Positions 63,991-64,000 of a stretch of DNA of 64,000 nt are shown in pieces (position 1 is the first letter of the stretch; each line of letters begins with the position of its first letter). This stretch comes from Octopus sinensis. Taxonomy: Eukaryota. Location: contig NC_043021.1 in assembly GCF_006345805.1 (NCBI RefSeq), positions 14,012,001-14,076,000 on the forward strand, read 5' to 3'. Position numbers and translations under genes: made by a program. Under the pieces are notes generated by a model, which was given only the letters and a program-made list of their open reading frames with translations, was not told the DNA's origin and did not search any database.

Positions 63991-64000
63991 TAGGAAGGGA

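Overview
AT-rich, microsatellite- and SINE-dense animal DNA; the repeat families resemble those I know from Octopus (inference). One complete protein-coding gene lies on the minus strand: a gamma-glutamyltranspeptidase (glutathione hydrolase 1-like). It has 11 coding exons between 29596 and 7154, all with GT..AG splice sites and consistent phases, totalling 1761 nt (586 aa + stop). It keeps the N-terminal signal anchor and the catalytic Thr (codon 12661-12659). The rest is transposon debris: RTE, CR1 and R4/Dong-like LINE fragments, a Penelope GIY-YIG fragment, mariner, Tc1 and pogo remnants, Helitrons, MITEs and several SINE families. The most unusual signal is a set of type-I hammerhead ribozyme (HHR) motifs from several different repeat families. 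They sit in elements inserted into (TA)n tracts and are arranged as ~200 or ~530-550 bp tandem monomers, or as fold-back palindromes, the architecture of Penelope pseudo-LTRs and retrozymes. Inside the GGT introns the core-intact HHRs are antisense to the pre-mRNA, while the sense-oriented copies carry core mutations. All structures were paired by eye and no database search was run.
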